Origin: an uncultured Acidobacteriota bacterium
GTDB taxonomy: Bacteria > Acidobacteriota > UBA6911 > RPQK01 > JAPXNP01
Reading direction: 5' to 3'
Length of the DNA: 64,000 bases
Assembly (NCBI GenBank): GCA_963777605.1
Contig: CAVZRV010000027.1
Coordinates: forward strand, 64,001-128,000
In this document: positions 10,815 to 19,773 of the stretch, one piece after another
Position numbering within the stretch: the stretch's first letter is position 1
How the letters are laid out: each line of letters opens with the position of its first letter
Position numbers and translations under genes: made by a program
Notes under the pieces: generated by a model
What the model saw: the letters and a program-made list of their open reading frames with translations, nothing else
What the model was told of the DNA's origin: nothing
The model's database searches: none

Positions 10815-11041
10815 GCGGCCGGAGGGGAAACGATCTGTTCCGACGCCAGCCAAGCCGCATACTGTATTGCCTGGCGGACATCCTCTTCTTCGAGTTCCGG
10901 ATAGGCGGCAACAACGTCTTGAGCAGTCCGACCTTGTGCGAGCATCTTAAGGACAACGCTCACAGTGATTCTCATGCCCCGGATGGTAGCTTGTCCCAAG
11001 CATACATGAGGGTTGATTGTGATGCGCTCCAATCCCTTCAT
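10811..11041 (-). CDS. DUF433 family antitoxin
   Basis: RITINPHVCLGQATIRGMRITVSVVL...YPELEEEDVRQAIQYAA. Confidence 0.9.
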   Translation of the reverse strand: MKGLERITINPHVCLGQATIRGMRITVSVVLKMLAQGRTAQDVVAAYPELEEEDVRQAIQYAAWLASEQIVSPPAA

Positions 11042-11126
11042 AGTTCAAAAAATAGCACAGTCAACGAGTTCGAGAAAACCTTTTCGGGTTCAGGGTTTCG
11101 AATGATTCAGCATCTGGACGCTGGTC

Positions 11127-11549
11127 CTACTTTGGGTTCATCCTCCCGACAATTGCACGGGTGAACGCCCGGAGGTCGTTGAGGTGCTCCTGAATGATGT
11201 TGTAAACCTGGTGATGATCGACTTCCCAGTAGACGTGGATCAGCATATTCCGAAAGCGCGCCATTCTCTGGAGCTGCTCTCCAAGATCAGGCGTCACCCA
11301 GCCTTCTTCCGCCAGGAGTTTGAAGCAGGCGGCATAGCCTTCCGGGACCTTTCTCACGGTTTTTGCACTGACGTGGTAGCAAAGAGCAATCGCGGCTTCT
11401 ATTGCCACCAACAGTCGATAGCAGGCGATATCCTGCAGATCGTTGTTCCCGAGGAAGACCTCTTCGGAAAGGCCGGCGATCTTCTCCAGCCTCTGAACGG
11501 ATGCCTCAATTTCCTGACACCGCGAGCGAATCAAGTCCGGATTCAGCAT
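11127..11549 (-). CDS. HEPN (DUF86/HepT-like) RNase toxin
   Basis: R-x4-H motif RNMLIHVY, plus AIEAAI and PEGY. Confidence 0.88.
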   Translation of the reverse strand: MLNPDLIRSRCQEIEASVQRLEKIAGLSEEVFLGNNDLQDIACYRLLVAIEAAIALCYHVSAKTVRKVPEGYAACFKLLAEEGWVTPDLGEQLQRMARFRNMLIHVYWEVDHHQVYNIIQEHLNDLRAFTRAIVGRMNPK

Positions 11550-11935
11550 TATTCCCCGAAAGCCTCCACTGTTGCACGACGCAAGAGAGGTTCCACGTCG
11601 AGATAGGTTCTCAGAGTCTCTTCAAACACCCGATCGTGGACTTCTTCGTCACGCACTTCGATCAAGCGCCCCTTCAGGACATGGAAGAGGAACGTGACGG
11701 GGGCATCATTCAAGATTCGCAGGTCGACGGGGACATTCAAATCATCCAGACGGGAGTGAAGATGATTGAGAAGATCACCGCAGTCCTTGCAGGATGATTC
11801 CCCCAGCCAGATTCCGACATCGATGTCACGGTTGGAATCCCGTTCCAGAAACGATCCATACAGATAAGCGAATGCAATTCCCGTCGTCTCTTGAATGGCA
11901 GCCTGGATTCGGTTGAAGATCTCGTCGTTCATCAA
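11549..11935 (-). CDS. Minimal nucleotidyltransferase (MntA-like antitoxin)
   Basis: YLYGSF...RDIDVG, VDLRILNDAP; coupled to the HEPN gene. Confidence 0.88.
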   Translation of the reverse strand: MMNDEIFNRIQAAIQETTGIAFAYLYGSFLERDSNRDIDVGIWLGESSCKDCGDLLNHLHSRLDDLNVPVDLRILNDAPVTFLFHVLKGRLIEVRDEEVHDRVFEETLRTYLDVEPLLRRATVEAFGE

Positions 11936-12025
11936 GGTTCTTCAGAATTTCTAATCGCTTGTCCTCTCCATGGTCGCAAGCTGGAAGCTCGCGCTACGGG
12001 GGAGAAAGACTCAACGAGCATCTAC

Positions 12026-12244
12026 CTACTCAAATGCTTCTTTCGGGAGGCCGGACTGGCGAACAATGGAAAGCAACGTACCTTTGCGCAACTCACTGTG
12101 CTGCGGAACTGGCACAGTCACCGTGGAACCGGCCAACTGAAGTTGCATCACCACGTGACTTCCGCGGCGCCTGACTTCGCGAAAGCCGTGTTTTTCCAAA
12201 ATAGCGCAGGCCTCTTTTCCCGAAAGAGTTCGGAGCTTACCCAA
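12026..12244 (-). CDS. hicA: HicA family toxin
   Basis: RRRGSHVVM, VPVPQHSELRKGTLLSIVRQSGL. Confidence 0.92.
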   Translation of the reverse strand: MGKLRTLSGKEACAILEKHGFREVRRRGSHVVMQLQLAGSTVTVPVPQHSELRKGTLLSIVRQSGLPKEAFE

Positions 12245-12458
12245 CGGCTACCTGCAAGCTTGTCACGTAGACTTCTTCGTGGAGCCTTTGCCGTACCTCC
12301 TCGGCCGAGGCGGTTTCGAAGAACAATTCTACGGCCTCCCGGAGATTTTCTCGGGCCTCGTCGATCGTTTGTCCCTGGCTGGCGACATCCACCTCGGGGC
12401 AAAGTGCGACATAGCCGTCTCCTTCGCGTTCGATCACCGCTGTCAATCGTTTTGTCAT
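12237..12458 (-). CDS. hicB: HicB family antitoxin (short form)
   Basis: YVALCPEVDVASQGQTIDEARENLREAVEL. Confidence 0.92.
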   Translation of the reverse strand: MTKRLTAVIEREGDGYVALCPEVDVASQGQTIDEARENLREAVELFFETASAEEVRQRLHEEVYVTSLQVAVG

Positions 12459-12495
12459 TTGGTTTGATTATCTCAGGAATCTAGGGAGTCGAGGA

Positions 12496-12690
12496 TTTCA
12501 GTTTGGACTTTGCCGTTCGGTTTCGACCTTCGACTTCGATTTTCGGCTTAGGCGTTCAGGGCTTCCAGTTTCGAATCTTGCGCCCCTGGTGGCAATGCAG
12601 CAATTGAATTCGCACTTCGCACTTCGGTTTCATCGTTCGCCTTCGGAATTCGGTTTCGCCGTTCGGAGTTCCGGATTTCGGGCCTTCGGG
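12496..12690 (+). repeat. Two copies (A1 ~12496-12575, A2 ~12609-12690) of the TTCG-periodic repeat family
   Basis: TTCGGTTTCGACCTTCGACTTCGATTTTCGG; TTCGCACTTCGCACTTCGGTTTC...TTCGCCGTTCGG. Confidence 0.85.
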
Positions 12691-12820
12691 TCGGTGCCAA
12701 TTCACACAATCCCTCCCCCCGGGGGGCAAGTCACCCCCGGAATCCTGGTGTCCCTCCCCAATCTGCTGATATCCTTTGAAGACGCTTCCAATCAAACCCA
12801 TCTTCTGAAAACTCACCACA

Positions 12821-15800
12821 TCAACACACGCTCAGTTCAAGACCATCCTGACTGATCGAGTAGTCGAAGAAGCGTTTTCGGTCATTGATCTTGTTATTGC
12901 TAAGGATCCGTCGAGCATGCCGGGCTGACTCCGATGAACTGCAGATCATGGCCAGGAAGCCTCCGCCGCCGGCGCCGAGGAGTTTGGCTCCTTGGATGTG
13001 GGGGTGGAGTTGTTCCAGCAGGGATTCGATCTCCGGGGTGGTGGAGTTGGGGTCCAGTTCTTTGTTGAGCTCCCAGGATTCGCCGATCAGTTTGCCGAAG
13101 CCGGGCATGTCTCTTCGGGAGAGGGCGTCGGCGAGTTGGTGGGGGAGGGCCTGGAGGTTGCGGTAGGTGGCCAGGGTCTCCCGGTTGCGGTCGAGATAGC
13201 GGCCGACGACTTCGTGGAGGATGTTTTTGGCCAGGCGGCGGATTCCGGTGTACAAGAGGAGGGTCTGTCCTCCGTTCTTTGTCGGCTCGATCAGGTCCGA
13301 CGGGACGAAGTGGATCATGGGGTCGGGCACTAGTCCCGGCCGCGTGGTGATCAGCTTCGTGCCGCCGACGCAGCCGCCGATCTGGTCCTGCCAGCCGCCG
13401 CCGGTGGTCAGTTCCTGCTCGAGTTGCAGCACCCGGTTGAAAAGGTCCCGCTGGGTCGGTTCCCTGCCCGTCAAACGCGCCAGGACCGCGACCAGGACGG
13501 CCGCCATGACGCTCGATGTTCCCAGGCCGCTGCCACTGGGAATTGCCGCCAGCGTGGTCAGCTCGATTCCGCCTCCAAAGTGCTCGAGGATCTGCTCGAG
13601 AGTGGTCACACCTCGAGGCCAGGTCCCGGTTTCGGTCGAGAATCCGGAGAGCACCAGCGCGGCCTTGGCCAGGCCGAACCCGTCGGTCCGGTACTGATGC
13701 AGTTCCTCCAGTTCCCGGATCGTGACCGAAACGCCGTGGTCGATGGAGGTCAACTTGATGTGCGGTTCGGAACAGGTCCGGGCGTAGGCATGGATGGGGG
13801 GCTGGCCGTTCAGGTTGACCGCCACGTTCAGCACGCATCCCCCGTTTTCCAGGGCGTAAGGCGGCGTGTCGGTCCAGCCGCCGCCCAGGTCGAGCCTCGC
13901 CGGCGCGCGCCCCCAGATGATTTCGTCGCTGCGGATCGATATTCTCGGGGGATCAAGCTTCGCTCGGTCCCCCAACAAAATAGTTTGGCTCAGATTGGTA
14001 AAGGCCAGATTCTGGAGGGTAACCGTCCAGTCATCGCCGGACTCGGCGGCGGCGCCGAAATCGACTCCGAACGATTCGAGCCAGGTTCTGGTCTCGTCGT
14101 CGAGTAACCTTTCGACGCCGGTCGAAGTTTCGGCTGCGACCTGTGGAGGCAGCAACTGCATCGCCGAGCCGAGGCTGTGGAAAATGCGGGAGAGCTCCAG
14201 CCGTTCCAGCTTCCAGGCCCCGCTCGTCTCGCCGAACTGCCGGAATGCTTCGTTGAGGATTTCGGCGACAAATGCCTTTCGATCGCCGGCATCGAATCTG
14301 GAAAGCACCAGGGCCAACTCCCGGGCAGAGAATCCACTGTCGAGGCGGAACAGTGAGGGAATCATCGAGCGTAGTTCCCAGGCACGATTGGCCAGCCGCC
14401 GCTCGTGGAACGATTCCTGTTCGGCCAGTTCGGCAATTTCCGCGCAACTGAATCGCTGCGCCTCCCGCCAGACCGCCTTCTCGGCGGTTGAAGCGGCTGC
14501 CGGGTCAACCATCCAAACCCACGAATCCCAGGAAGCCGGTTCGACGATTGCAGGGAACAGCCGTGCGGTCCAGAGGGTCCGCTCCTCCGGGGGAACTCCT
14601 GCATCCCAGATCGACACAGGATCGACATCCATCGACACCATCCAGTCGTCCATCGGCAGGCCGCAGAAGACGATGCCATCGGCAAATGACTGCTGGAAGG
14701 TGTCATCCATCCCATAGCAGCGGACGAACCAACAGAGTTGGCCCGTTTTCGACGTTCCCGGAGTCACATCGAAACAGGCTCCCTGAGGAATTTCGATCGG
14801 TCGATCGAGGTCGAGGCCCACCAGGACGTTGTCTCCGCCAAGTTGAAGATCGGCCCGAACCCGGCAACCTTCCACCCAGGAACGGCTTCCGTCGATGTCG
14901 CCTTCCTCGGTGATGTTCTGGATGCTGAGACAGTGGTCAAACGAGGAGAATCCCTGCTCACGGCTCACCAATTCGGAACCGCTGGTCACCAACTGGCGCA
15001 GCGTGCCGAAGTGGAAGAAGCCGCACCGATTGACCACCTGGCAGGAGAAGGGAACCTCACCAAGGTGCGCAAAAAGTGCTTCCAGATCAGCATCACCGAA
15101 ACGGGAAACGCTGCGCCGGGCTTCCTCCCGGTAGGCAGCAAGGTCGGTCTCGGATCCCATTGCGCAACAGATCTCCCGGTAGAAGTCGAGCCCCTTGTCC
15201 AGGATCGCGGCCGTCAGTTCCGAGCGGGGCAGGAGTTCTCCCGATTCCGATGGCCGAGGGCCAATCAGTTCCAACAGGCGGAGTGCCGTTTCAGCGTCGA
15301 AGCTGAAAATTCCGATATCCAGCAGCGACTTCCCGAACCGGGTAACCGCTCCCAGGCGCACCTGGTCCTCGACGGAAGGTTTTTGAAGAAAGCGCCTGAC
15401 CCGTCCTTCGGGGTCGCGAGAGTAAACTCCGTGATTGGCGGCCAGGGCCGGATCAGCATAGGTTGCCAGGCCGGTCAAACCAGGTCCGGTGGGTTCCAGG
15501 CTTTCCGGATCGAAATCCAGGAGCACGTCGCCCGACGTGATGATCACTTGCCCACGCCCGGTCTGCGGCTCCGGGATGCCCAGGTAGATGGGCAACTGCC
15601 GATCGAACACGGTGACCGGCACGGCCCGGGCGGACTCGACCGGCAGAGGGACAAAGCTCTTGCCGCACGGCCCATAGGGAGGCAGCCGGCGGGCATCCCC
15701 GCCCGCGTGGACGATCAGGATTCGCAGCGACTCGAGAACCTCGAGCCAGGCGCCGCGATCGCCCTTGCGGTCGGAATCCTCCTCCAGTTCTCGATTCAGC

Positions 15801-15985
15801 ACCTCGAGCAGGCAGAACAGGGTGCTGCCGCCGCTGCCGACCCGGCAACCGTCAGGGTCGGGGACAACCAGGACGTTACAGATCCCTGCCAGAAAGCCCA
15901 GTTCCTGCCGCAGGGAGAGTTGCTCGCGGTAGGCGTCGGCCTGGCGGTCACTCGATGCCGTGATGATCAGGTAATCCCAGGACAT
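12821..15985 (-). CDS. fkp: Bifunctional L-fucokinase / L-fucose-1-phosphate guanylyltransferase
   Basis: N-terminal PDPDG.RVGSGGST, HAGGDARRLP..GK, HGVY, FLQKPS, FFHFGT. C-terminal GHMP kinase PARLDLGGGWTDTPP, PSGSGLGTSS, TTGGGWQDQIGG, KLLGAGGGGF. Confidence 0.92.
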   Translation of the reverse strand: MSWDYLIITASSDRQADAYREQLSLRQELGFLAGICNVLVVPDPDGCRVGSGGSTLFCLLEVLNRELEEDSDRKGDRGAWLEVLESLRILIVHAGGDARRLPPYGPCGKSFVPLPVESARAVPVTVFDRQLPIYLGIPEPQTGRGQVIITSGDVLLDFDPESLEPTGPGLTGLATYADPALAANHGVYSRDPEGRVRRFLQKPSVEDQVRLGAVTRFGKSLLDIGIFSFDAETALRLLELIGPRPSESGELLPRSELTAAILDKGLDFYREICCAMGSETDLAAYREEARRSVSRFGDADLEALFAHLGEVPFSCQVVNRCGFFHFGTLRQLVTSGSELVSREQGFSSFDHCLSIQNITEEGDIDGSRSWVEGCRVRADLQLGGDNVLVGLDLDRPIEIPQGACFDVTPGTSKTGQLCWFVRCYGMDDTFQQSFADGIVFCGLPMDDWMVSMDVDPVSIWDAGVPPEERTLWTARLFPAIVEPASWDSWVWMVDPAAASTAEKAVWREAQRFSCAEIAELAEQESFHERRLANRAWELRSMIPSLFRLDSGFSARELALVLSRFDAGDRKAFVAEILNEAFRQFGETSGAWKLERLELSRIFHSLGSAMQLLPPQVAAETSTGVERLLDDETRTWLESFGVDFGAAAESGDDWTVTLQNLAFTNLSQTILLGDRAKLDPPRISIRSDEIIWGRAPARLDLGGGWTDTPPYALENGGCVLNVAVNLNGQPPIHAYARTCSEPHIKLTSIDHGVSVTIRELEELHQYRTDGFGLAKAALVLSGFSTETGTWPRGVTTLEQILEHFGGGIELTTLAAIPSGSGLGTSSVMAAVLVAVLARLTGREPTQRDLFNRVLQLEQELTTGGGWQDQIGGCVGGTKLITTRPGLVPDPMIHFVPSDLIEPTKNGGQTLLLYTGIRRLAKNILHEVVGRYLDRNRETLATYRNLQALPHQLADALSRRDMPGFGKLIGESWELNKELDPNSTTPEIESLLEQLHPHIQGAKLLGAGGGGFLAMICSSSESARHARRILSNNKINDRKRFFDYSISQDGLELSVC

Positions 15986-15994
15986 TTGTGAATT

Positions 15995-16225
15995 GGGGTT
16001 TGGGGTTTTCAGTTAGCACTTCGCACTTCGGTTTCGTCGTTCGACTTCGTCATTCGCCGTTCGTAGTTTCGAGTTTCGGGTTTCGGGTTTCGAGCGATTG
16101 GCCGTCTTCCGATTCACCCCCGAGGATCGCGCCCTTACAGGGCGCCAGCTTCGTCAGGGCGCTCGGTTTCCCAGGGTCGCGCTGCGCTTCACCCTGGGCT
16201 GAAATGATCCGGCCCTTTCAGGGCC
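15995..16225 (+). repeat. Composite repeat B: TTCG-periodic unit plus REP-like hairpins
   Basis: TTCG array ~16008-16100, then CCCAGGGTCGCGCTGCGCTTCACCCTGGGCTGAAATGATCCGGCCCTTTCAGGGCC. Confidence 0.85.
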
Positions 16226-16325
16226 GCAAATCGGTTTCGTTGACGGGCATTGCTCACGTACTGAAATGCGTGCCCCCGGCCGACCATGTGGGGAATGTGA
16301 CCATGTGCCGCAGCGGGATTTCTTT

Positions 16326-16550
16326 TCAAAGAAGGGAGAGAAACTGTTCCACGGTTAAGCCGGCTTCGCGGATCAGCGCTCTCAGGGTTCCTTTTGAGAT
16401 CTCTCGATGGTCGGGAACGACGAGGCGCCGATGGGGCGGTGTGGTCTGCCGAAGAATCATGTGGCTGCCGCGCTGGCGATCCAGTTGATAAGAAAGCTTC
16501 GAGAACGCCCGTACAACTTCCCGACCGGAAACAACGGGAAGTCGCGTCAG
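16326..16550 (-). CDS. hicA: HicA family toxin (CTG start overlapping the hicB stop; missing from the ORF track)
   Basis: Manual translation: (M)TRLPVVSGREVVRAFSKLSYQLDRQRGSHMILRQTTPPHRRLVVPDHREISKGTLRALIREAGLTVEQFLSLL*. Confidence 0.88.
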   Translation of the reverse strand: MTRLPVVSGREVVRAFSKLSYQLDRQRGSHMILRQTTPPHRRLVVPDHREISKGTLRALIREAGLTVEQFLSLL

Positions 16551-16759
16551 ATGCTCACCTCAACCACTTCTTCCGAGATCGAGGGAGGAACGGGTTCATC
16601 GTGTTCTCTTAGACTTTCGAGGTACAGTTCGATGGCCTCCCGAATGTTGACCAACGCTTCCTCTCTCGTCGTTCCCTGAGAGATACATCCGGGCAGAGAA
16701 GGAGCCTCCGCAACATAGATCCCGTCTTCATCCACTTCGATCAATACCCTGTATTTCAT
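16547..16759 (-). CDS. hicB: HicB family antitoxin (short form)
   Basis: MKYRVLIEVDEDGIYVAEAPSLPGCISQGTTREEALVNIREAIELYL. Confidence 0.92.
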   Translation of the reverse strand: MKYRVLIEVDEDGIYVAEAPSLPGCISQGTTREEALVNIREAIELYLESLREHDEPVPPSISEEVVEVSI

Positions 16760-16792
16760 AGGCTTCAATGGGTTACGAGTGAAATGATAGCA

Positions 16793-16957
16793 GGGTTTGA
16801 GTTTCTTCAGTTCGCACTTCGCACGTCGGTTTCGACCTTCGAGTTCGGCGTTCGGCTTCGTCGTTCGAAGTTTCGGATATCGGGTTTCGAGCAATCGGTT
16901 TCCCAGGATCGCGCTTCGCTTGGCCCTGGGCTGAGATGATCCGGTCCTTTCAGGGCC
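16793..16957 (+). repeat. Composite repeat C: direct repeat of B
   Basis: TTCG array followed by CCCAGGATCGCGCTTCGCTTGGCCCTGGGCTGAGATGATCCGGTCCTTTCAGGGCC. Confidence 0.85.
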
Positions 16958-17128
16958 AAAACAACAGGAAATGGCCTCAGATGCTCCCCTCAAGCACGTC
17001 CTCCGAAATCTCTCCTGGTGTCGTGTGAACGTCCAGAGCCGCGCTCGCTTCACCCCCGTTCTAAAATGCAGGAACCAGGAACCCCACCGAAATCAGCCAT
17101 CTCAACGAGACAAGCGCGAACGCTTGCC

Positions 17129-17911
17129 CTACCCCCTCAGCATTGGGATCGAGCACAGAATCAACAGGCTCGCAAGCAGCCCGCGGAGGAGCCGTTCCGG
17201 CAGTTGTACGGTCAGGCGGCTACCCAGTAGCACGCCGGGGATTGATCCGATCAGCAAGAGCGCTACCAGACGGAAATCGATGTCGCCGATGAAGAAATGC
17301 CCGACGGCTGCGGTTCCGACCAGGATTGCGGCATGAGCGATGTCGGTGCCCACCAGGCGATCGGTCGAAGTCGCGGCGGTCAGAACCAGCAGGGCCAGGA
17401 TCACGCTTCCACTGCCGATCGAGGTCAAACCGACCAGGAACCCGCCCAGCGCGCCGATTGCAATCACGCGGTTGCGATTGTGCTTCCGGGCAGCTTTGGT
17501 TTCGCCCTGATGACTTTCCCTGCGGACGAGGCGCCATAACATGGAGAAGGCTACCAGCAGCAAGGCCAGACCGATCAACCGTCCCAGGGAGCGTTCGACG
17601 AGTTCGGGATTCCGATGGCGCAACCAGACCAGGAGTTCGACGGCCACGATCGATGCGGGGACACTGCCCAGCGCGAGGTCTCGCACGAGGCGGGTGTCGA
17701 TGGTTCCCTGACGCCAGTGCTGAAACGCTCCCGCAATCTTGGTCAAGCCGGCATACGCCAGGTCCGTTCCCACGGCAACAGAAGGAGGTAAGCCGACAAC
17801 CAGGATCAGGAAGGGTGTCGCCAGCACTCCTCCGCCCATTCCCGTCATTCCTACCAGCACGCCAACCGTGAAACCGAACAGTGGCAACTGCAAGTAATCC
17901 AAGCTTCGCAC
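17129..17911 (-). CDS. Sulfite exporter TauE/SafE family protein
   Basis: GMTGMGGG, AVGTDL, GLTSIGSGS, LVGTDIAHA; 8 TM pattern. Confidence 0.9.
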   Translation of the reverse strand: MRSLDYLQLPLFGFTVGVLVGMTGMGGGVLATPFLILVVGLPPSVAVGTDLAYAGLTKIAGAFQHWRQGTIDTRLVRDLALGSVPASIVAVELLVWLRHRNPELVERSLGRLIGLALLLVAFSMLWRLVRRESHQGETKAARKHNRNRVIAIGALGGFLVGLTSIGSGSVILALLVLTAATSTDRLVGTDIAHAAILVGTAAVGHFFIGDIDFRLVALLLIGSIPGVLLGSRLTVQLPERLLRGLLASLLILCSIPMLRG

Positions 17912-18337
17912 CTGTCACTTACATTATCCGGGGACAATGTGACCTGCCCCGTCCCCCCAGAAGACGTAGAGTAATTTAGCACAGGGGGGTGCGGACTTCA
18001 GAACAGGAAACCGCGCCTGCCCGATTCCAAACGGAGATGGATGGACCGCGGCAAAACGGCGGAAGGACGAGAATTACCTGCCCCGCGGATACATCCAAAG
18101 CAACAGTGGATGACCCTAAGTCGTGACGCTTCAATTCCGTTCAGCAATTGTGCCGAAATTGGGCGAGTGGATGGGGCGCCAGAGAGAAATGGCGAAGGCG
18201 CGCCGACTTTCCAGTCGCCGCGCCTTTCGCCAAGCTGATTCACAAGGAAGACCGATACCGAGACTGCTAGCGAGACTTCCGCCTACAGCGGCAGGTGGCT
18301 ACCGCTGATGACCGGAGGTCGCCCGGAATGCTTCGTA

Positions 18338-19162
18338 CTAGGCCCGAAGGCGACGGACAAAGCCGGCTCCGAGAAGGCCAAACCCCAAAAGCAGGAGCGA
18401 GCTTGGCTCGGGAACGCTATAGCCGGTGATCTGATCCTGCCTGCTTTGATTCGTCAAAACGAAGAGCGTGCTTGAATCTGTCCAGGAGGAGTCAGTAGCG
18501 GCACTCTTCAGCCAGCCGTTTGCCAGCCCGATTGCCGTGGCAACGTTGCCCCCAGTGTTGTCGGCCCAAAATGTCGAAGATGTGGAGCTTGTGCTGTAGC
18601 CGGAATAGGCAGCACCGACATCGTACCCCCCGGAGCCTGCTAGAGTGGAGTCGTAGCTGTCGTAGACCAATTCCCATACAACGAGCTGAAAAGCGGCCGA
18701 AGTGACAGCATCATGGACGCCCCTCTTTTCGATTACATTTGTCCACAGCTTGCCCAGGAGTTCAGCCTCATCGGCCGTAATCAGGCCAACATTCTGAGAC
18801 CCAAAATAGTGAGGCCCCGTTGAATTCGTGTATCCGCTGGGACTTACCGGGAGATAACTACCGGTCAAAGGGTCCGGGGCAGTCGGGTCACCGATCTTCT
18901 CGCCCAACTGGACGCAAAAGGTCTGAACAGTGACGGCAGGGGTCGAAGTGGTCTCAAAGTCGAACATGCCCGCCCCGTTATCGAAGTGGTACACTTCCGT
19001 TCCAACTTGCAGGTATTTGTCGATTGTCTGAGGAGGATCGAATGTGTAACCGGTGTAAGTCAGGTCAATCGAGACACCCAACTCAACCGGCCCGGCGAAA
19101 GTCATCGAGGAAAACACAGCAAACGTTGCTACAGTGAAAAGCGCCCAAGTGAATCTCTTCAT
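18338..19162 (-). CDS. PEP-CTERM sorting-domain protein
   Basis: Signal peptide, TFCVQL, AAFQLVVWELVYD, C-terminal VPEPSSLLLLGFGLLGAGFVRRLRA. Confidence 0.93.
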   Translation of the reverse strand: MKRFTWALFTVATFAVFSSMTFAGPVELGVSIDLTYTGYTFDPPQTIDKYLQVGTEVYHFDNGAGMFDFETTSTPAVTVQTFCVQLGEKIGDPTAPDPLTGSYLPVSPSGYTNSTGPHYFGSQNVGLITADEAELLGKLWTNVIEKRGVHDAVTSAAFQLVVWELVYDSYDSTLAGSGGYDVGAAYSGYSTSSTSSTFWADNTGGNVATAIGLANGWLKSAATDSSWTDSSTLFVLTNQSRQDQITGYSVPEPSSLLLLGFGLLGAGFVRRLRA

Positions 19163-19246
19163 CGTTCTTCCTTCAGAGTCAGCAAAACCAACAACCCATT
19201 TCGCCCCACGCAGACGGGGGCAAACATCACGATCTGAATACCTGAA

Positions 19247-19263
19247 AGCAACAGGTATTCCAA
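19247..19263 (-). promoter_or_regulatory. Putative sigma-54 (-24/-12) promoter of the PEP-CTERM gene
   Basis: Minus strand TTGGAATACCTGTTGCT = GG-N10-GC, ~85 bp upstream of the ATG. Confidence 0.65.
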
Positions 19264-19773
19264 AACGCTGTCGAGACCGGCAGGATCAATCTTCCCGAGC
19301 CTCAACTGCGATCAGGACTATTACTTCGAGGCATCCGGCTGCAGTTTACACGATCGGATATAAGACTGCTGAATCTTGACACTATGTAACAAGCTTCCAC
19401 TTTTGTGGTTGGTTCTCCATAGGATCACGCTCCACTAATGCAGAAAGCGCCTCCGCCACAGACCCTATGGGTTCTCGCCGGCTAACTCGAAGTTTCGGAA
19501 ATCCGGCCCTGCAGCTTCCGTGGCTGCCAGACCATCGAGCAAACGTCCTCCTTCACACGATATACTGAGCGTTCAGTAACGAGGGTTCGCTGTGCGGCCA
19601 GATAGCAGGCCTGTGGCTCACGCTTTCGACAATCACGGAACCGGGAAAAACCCGGCCCGAGTCTCTCCCTTTTTGACGGCCGCACTTCACAGAATATCCG
19701 TCCTGGGACTACAGGCAGATGCATGCGTGATCAAGGTATTTCGAAATGTAGCGCCTACCGAGGTGATCCTCGG

